Below are positions 62,622 to 64,000 of a stretch of 64,000 nucleotides of DNA, in pieces. The notes under the pieces were generated by a model. That model saw only the letters and a program-made list of their open reading frames with translations. It did not search any database and was not told where the DNA came from. The stretch is from contig NC_090399.1 in the NCBI RefSeq assembly GCF_036365525.1, positions 64,784,862 to 64,848,861 of the forward strand, in the 5' to 3' direction. A program made the position numbers and the translations under genes. Numbering within the stretch: position 1 is the stretch's first letter; each line of letters opens with the position of its first letter. This DNA is from Heterodontus francisci (lineage: Eukaryota).

Positions 62622-63980
62622 AATATAAAAGCAAAATACTGCGGATGCTGGAAATCTGAAACAAAAACAAGAAATGCTGGATTCACTCAGCAGGTCTGGC
62701 AGCATCTGTGGAAAGAGAAGCAGAGTTAACGTTTTGGGTCAGTGACACTTCTTCGGAAATGACAAATATTAGAAAAGTCACAGATTATAAACAAGTGAGG
62801 TGGGGGTTGGGCAAGAGATAACAAAGAAGAAGGTGCAGATTGGACCAGGCCACATAGCTGACCAAAAGGTCACGGAGAAAAGGCAAACAATATGTTAATG
62901 GTGTGTTGAAAGACAAAGCATTAGTACAGATTAGGTGTGAATATACTGAATATTGAACAGCAGCAAGTGCAAACCTGAAGAAAAACAACCTGAAAAAAAC
63001 AGTGGGTAAGCAAACTGAACAAACTCAGATGAAATGAAATAAATGCAAAAAAAGATTGTAAAAAATGTAAAAAGGAATGTAAAAAAAAAGGAAGAAAAAA
63101 TAATAACTAAAAATGACTAAAAATGAAAGTAAAGTGGGGGGCTGTCATGCTCTGAAATTATTGAACTCAATGTTCAGTCCGGCAGGCTGTAGTGTGCCTA
63201 ATCAGTAGATGAGATGCTGTTCCTCGAGCTTGGTCTCCTCTACATTGGGGAGACCAAGCGCAGACTGGGTGACCGCTTTGCGGAACATCTCCGCTCAGTC
63301 CGCAAGCAGGACCCTGAGCTTCCGGTTGCTTGCCACTTCAACACTCCCCCCTGCTCTCATGCTCACATCTCTGTCCTGGGATTGCTGCAGTGTTCCAGTG
63401 AACATCAACGCAAGCTCGAGGAACAGCATCTCATCTACCAATTAGGCACACTACAGCCTGCCGGACTGAACATTGAGTTCAATAATTTCAGAGCATGACA
63501 GCCCCCCACTTTACTTTCATTTTTAGTCATTTTTAGTTATTTTTTCTTCCTTTTTTTTTTACATTCATTTTTACATTTTTTACAATCTTTTTTTGCATTT
63601 ATTTCATTTCATCTTAGTTTGTTCAGTTTGCTTACCCACTGTTTTTTTCAGGTTGTTTTTCTTCAGGTTTGCACTTGCTGCTGTTCAATATTCAGTATAT
63701 TCACACCTAATCTGTACTAATGCTTTGTCTTTCAACACACCATTAACATATTGTTTGCCTTTTCTCCGTGACCTTTTGGTCAGCTATGTGGCCTGGTCCA
63801 ATCTGCACCTTCTTCTTTGTTATCTCTTGCCCAACCCCCACCTCACTTGTTTATAATCTGTGACTTTTCTAACATTTGTCAGTTCCGAAGAAGGGTCACT
63901 GACCCGAAACGTTAACTCTGCTTCTCTTTCCACAGATGCTGCCAGACCTGCTGAGTGAATCCAGCATTTCTTGTTTTTGT
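62622..63980 (+). mobile_element. Penelope-like element: truncated GIY-YIG endonuclease end with inverted pseudo-LTR
   Basis: LLYIGETKRRLGDRFAEHLRSVR..PVACHFN..RKLEEQHLIYQLGTLQPAGLN. 62661-63232 is the reverse complement of 63411-63980. Duplicated flank tccctctctctct. Confidence 0.93.
63875..63922 (+). ncRNA. Minimal hammerhead-ribozyme-like motif in the Penelope pseudo-LTR
   Basis: CCGAAGA (canonical CUGANGA) - a - gggtc act gaccc stem - GAAAC - palindromic gttaac - tc. Confidence 0.5.
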
Positions 63981-64000
63981 CCCTCTCTCTCTATCTCTCT

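Overview
Eukaryotic DNA, almost certainly from a cartilaginous fish (shark-type V-SINE/HE1-like SINEs, CR1 LINEs and a Penelope element). The window holds a head-to-tail tandem array of three intact, two-exon class A GPCR genes resembling the GPR139/GPR142 group. ATGs are at 6902, 30191 and 49044; proteins are 321, 321 and 334 aa once a 70-nt first coding exon missed by the ORF track is spliced on. Each gene sits in a 19-23 kb cassette: a 40-bp satellite array, a short conserved promoter, exon 1, an intron with a 44-bp minisatellite, exon 2, then shared transposon debris. The copies are mosaics of one another, their protein differences cluster in extracellular loop 2, and an exon-less relic of an older fourth intron lies between genes 2 and 3. 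The rest is mobile DNA: a decayed dual-RNase-H endogenous retrovirus, Gmr1-like Gypsy fragments, CR1/L2 LINEs, a tRNA-headed LINE with its internally deleted SINE partner, a hAT MITE, solo LTRs, and a young Penelope insertion with a ~570-bp inverted repeat and a hammerhead-like motif. Family names come from motif recognition only; no database search was run.
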